A stretch of DNA of 64,000 nucleotides, taken from a bacterium (GTDB lineage Bacteria; Bacillota; Clostridia; Oscillospirales; Acutalibacteraceae). The DNA lies in assembly GCA_963649715.1 (NCBI GenBank), contig CAVJIV010000003.1, positions 75,817 through 139,816 of the forward strand. The letters are read 5' to 3'. The position numbers were made by a program, and so were the translations under genes. Shown here in pieces: positions 61,920-64,000 of the stretch. Numbering within the stretch: the first letter of the stretch is position 1; the number at the start of each line of letters is the position of its first letter. The notes under the pieces are model-generated. The model was not told the DNA's origin. It made no database searches and saw only the letters and a program-made list of their open reading frames with translations.

Positions 61920-62657
61920 TTACCTCACTGTCAGATTGGTTATTGCCATGTCTTTTTCTGCCGTTATTATAAATCCGCATTCCGCCGATTCGCCTGCCGC
62001 GATATCCTCGCCGCCGAGGGTAACTCCCTTGCCCTCGACAAACGAATTGCAATCCCAGCTCTTGGTCAGCGAAACCACTTCCTTGTCAAAGACAACGGCT
62101 GCTTTCCACGAATCGGAATCGCTGTCGGAATCGTTGCGAAGGGTCAAATTGACCTGATAGGAATGTGTGCCGTTGTTATTATCCCATTCGTTGACGATCT
62201 GCGCCGTTGCGGTGAAGCTGCCGCCGGTGACGGTTTGCTTTCTCTTGAACGAGCTGTTGAGAAGCCGTTCCTTTTGCTCGTCATAAGGAATCGACGAAAT
62301 ATCACCGATAGAATATCTGAGGATCAGCAGCGCATCGGAGGAATTGACCTCCTCGTCAAGATTTACATCCGCATTCTTGAGCTGGGTTTCAAACAGATCG
62401 TCGCCCTGACCTACCATGTATTTGAGAATAAGCATGGCGTCGCCGGAATTTATCTTGCCGTCGCCGTTGATGTCGCCCACGGCGCAATTGGCATAGGAAT
62501 CGCTCGTCACTCTCGTTGTGAAATGAATTATAACCGCAAGAGCGGCGAACAAAACCGCCAGCGAGAGAAGAATTATACAGGTCTTTTTTGCGTTAAGCTT
62601 TATCTTTTTTCGTTTTTTTACGACGGTTTGATTTATTTTATCCATATCTATCCCCAA
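61920..62657 (-). CDS. Membrane-anchored dockerin protein with a C-terminal CBM2-like beta-sandwich
   Basis: TM anchor CIILLSLAVLFAALAVIIHF. Dockerin duplicate GDINGDGKINSGDAMLILKY / DVNLDEEVNSSDALLILRY. The C-terminal pattern TAQIVNEWDNNNGTHSYQVNLTLRN...SWKAAVVFDKEV..SWDCN..GGEDIAAGESAECGFI resembles CBM2. Confidence 0.72.
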   Translation of the reverse strand: MGIDMDKINQTVVKKRKKIKLNAKKTCIILLSLAVLFAALAVIIHFTTRVTSDSYANCAVGDINGDGKINSGDAMLILKYMVGQGDDLFETQLKNADVNLDEEVNSSDALLILRYSIGDISSIPYDEQKERLLNSSFKRKQTVTGGSFTATAQIVNEWDNNNGTHSYQVNLTLRNDSDSDSDSWKAAVVFDKEVVSLTKSWDCNSFVEGKGVTLGGEDIAAGESAECGFIITAEKDMAITNLTVR

Positions 62658-62901
62658 TTTAATACTTTTTTATATGATTATAACAGAGAAATTATAAAAT
62701 TTCAATGCACAGATAATAAATACTGCCCGAATTTTTCTGATTTTTTCTGCTAAATATACACCGTAAAACTTGACTACCGACCGATAATATATTAGAATAT
62801 AATAATCAATATGCATATGTGGCTCGAATTTTTGCAAAATCGTCGCAACCGCTGCGGGATTTTGCAAGAACTCGAACCACGGAATTATGAAAGGTGATAC
62901 T

Positions 62902-64000
62902 ATGTCAAAAAGAGAAAACCTAAGAAATGTTGCTATCATTGCCCATGTTGACCACGGCAAAACAACCTTGGTCGATGAGCTTTTGAAGCAGAGCGGAACA
63001 TTCCGTGAGAACGAGCAGGTTCAGGAAAGAGTCATGGACTCCAACGACCTTGAAAGAGAGCGTGGAATCACAATCCTTTCAAAGAACACGGCGGTTCATT
63101 ACAAGAACACCAAAATAAACATTGTCGACACCCCCGGCCATGCCGATTTCGGCGGCGAGGTTGAGCGAATCCTCACCATGGTTGACGGCGTTCTTCTTCT
63201 CGTTGACGCTTTCGAGGGCTGTATGCCGCAGACAAGATTTGTTCTCAAAAAAGCTCTCAACCTCAAGAAAAAGGTTCTTGTTGTTGTTAACAAAATCGAC
63301 CGCCCCGGCGCAAGACCTGCCGAGGTTATCGATGAGGTGCTCGACCTTTTTATCGAGCTTGGCGCAGACGAGGATCAGATCGAATTCCCCGTTGTTTACG
63401 CTTCGGCTAAGGACGGCTATTCATCGCTTGACCCCGATATTCGGGAGGGCGATATGCGCCCACTGCTTGACGCAATTCTTGAGCACATCAGCGCTCCGGA
63501 CGGCGACCTTGACGGCCCGCTTCAGATCCTTTTCTCCAGCCTTGACTATGACGACTATATCGGCAGAATCGGCGTAGGTCGTGTCGAAAGAGGCAAGATT
63601 CTCCGAGGCGAAAGCGTCGTGCTCTGCAAGCAGGACGGCGAGCAGGAAAATGTTAAGATCTCCCGACTTTACCAGTTTGAAGGTCTTAAAAGAGTTGAGG
63701 TTGACAGCGCAATGATGGGCGACATCGTTTGCGTTTCGGGAATTGCGGATCTCAATATCGGTGAGACTGCCTGCGACCCGAATTGCATTGAGCCGCTTCC
63801 GTTCGTCAAGATTGACGAGCCGACGATTTCTATGAACTTTATCGTCAACGACAGCCCCTTTGCAGGTCGTGAGGGCAAGTTCGTTACATCAAGAAATATC
63901 CGTGACCGCCTTTTTAAGGAGGTTGAAACAAATGTCAGCATGAAGGTCGAAGAAACGGACTCGACCGATACATTTAAGGTTTCGGGCAGAGGAGAGCTTC
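62902..64000 (+). CDS. typA: Translational GTPase TypA/BipA (5' part; runs off the right edge)
   Basis: MSKRENLRNVAIIAHVDHGKTTLVDELLKQSGTFRENEQVQERVMDSNDLERERGITI...DTPGHADFGGEVER. ATG at 62902 after AAAGGTGA. It is absent from the ORF track because no stop lies in the window. Confidence 0.95.
   Translation, partial: MSKRENLRNVAIIAHVDHGKTTLVDELLKQSGTFRENEQVQERVMDSNDLERERGITILSKNTAVHYKNTKINIVDTPGHADFGGEVERILTMVDGVLLLVDAFEGCMPQTRFVLKKALNLKKKVLVVVNKIDRPGARPAEVIDEVLDLFIELGADEDQIEFPVVYASAKDGYSSLDPDIREGDMRPLLDAILEHISAPDGDLDGPLQILFSSLDYDDYIGRIGVGRVERGKILRGESVVLCKQDGEQENVKISRLYQFEGLKRVEVDSAMMGDIVCVSGIADLNIGETACDPNCIEPLPFVKIDEPTISMNFIVNDSPFAGREGKFVTSRNIRDRLFKEVETNVSMKVEETDSTDTFKVSGRGEL

Noticed and set aside
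1-64000. CRISPR arrays, IS elements/transposases, integrases, prophage or toxin-antitoxin pairs, rRNA operons
   Set aside because: I scanned the intergenic regions and all ORF translations. I found no regular repeat-spacer structure, no DDE, serine or tyrosine recombinase motifs, no phage structural genes and no rRNA-like sequence.

Overview
The window is 64 kb of chromosome from a spore-forming anaerobic Firmicute. Dockerin modules, an alpha/beta SASP, T-box leaders and IOR/PaaK genes suggest a Ruminococcus/Oscillospiraceae-like Clostridia; this taxon call is inference, since no search was run. I call about 50 protein genes, and nearly every long ORF has a recognisable family. RNA and regulatory features are one tRNA-Leu(CAG), an SRP RNA upstream of dnaX, two T-box leaders (Ile/AUC before ileS, Trp/UGG before a stand-alone trpB2), a TPP riboswitch before thiT, several near-consensus promoters and many intrinsic terminators. 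I saw no rRNA, CRISPR array, transposase, integrase or phage genes. The stand-out is a single operon at about 36.15-46.27 kb. It encodes an RsbW/SpoIIAB-like kinase, a STAS antagonist, a MATE exporter fused to a degenerate RsbW-like tail, and a 2447-aa C-A-T-C-A-T-R NRPS of the dipeptide-aldehyde type. The window contains no sigma factor, PP2C phosphatase, PPTase or thioesterase. This looks like a partner-switching module rewired from a sigma factor onto a transporter. Secondary points: (1) an acyl-CoA ligase/iorAB/paaK/ACT operon plus aminotransferase; (2) a two-subunit AcnX (DUF521/DUF126); (3) a Sua5-CoaE fusion; (4) a dockerin-tagged GH25 muramidase; (5) two paralogous secreted hydrolase-like proteins; (6) a recurring palindromic terminator element; (7) an orphan, apparently highly expressed, anchored protein behind a long structured leader. 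CDS coordinates derive from the ORF track and are reliable. Coordinates of RNA and regulatory elements and of NRPS domains are hand-derived and approximate.
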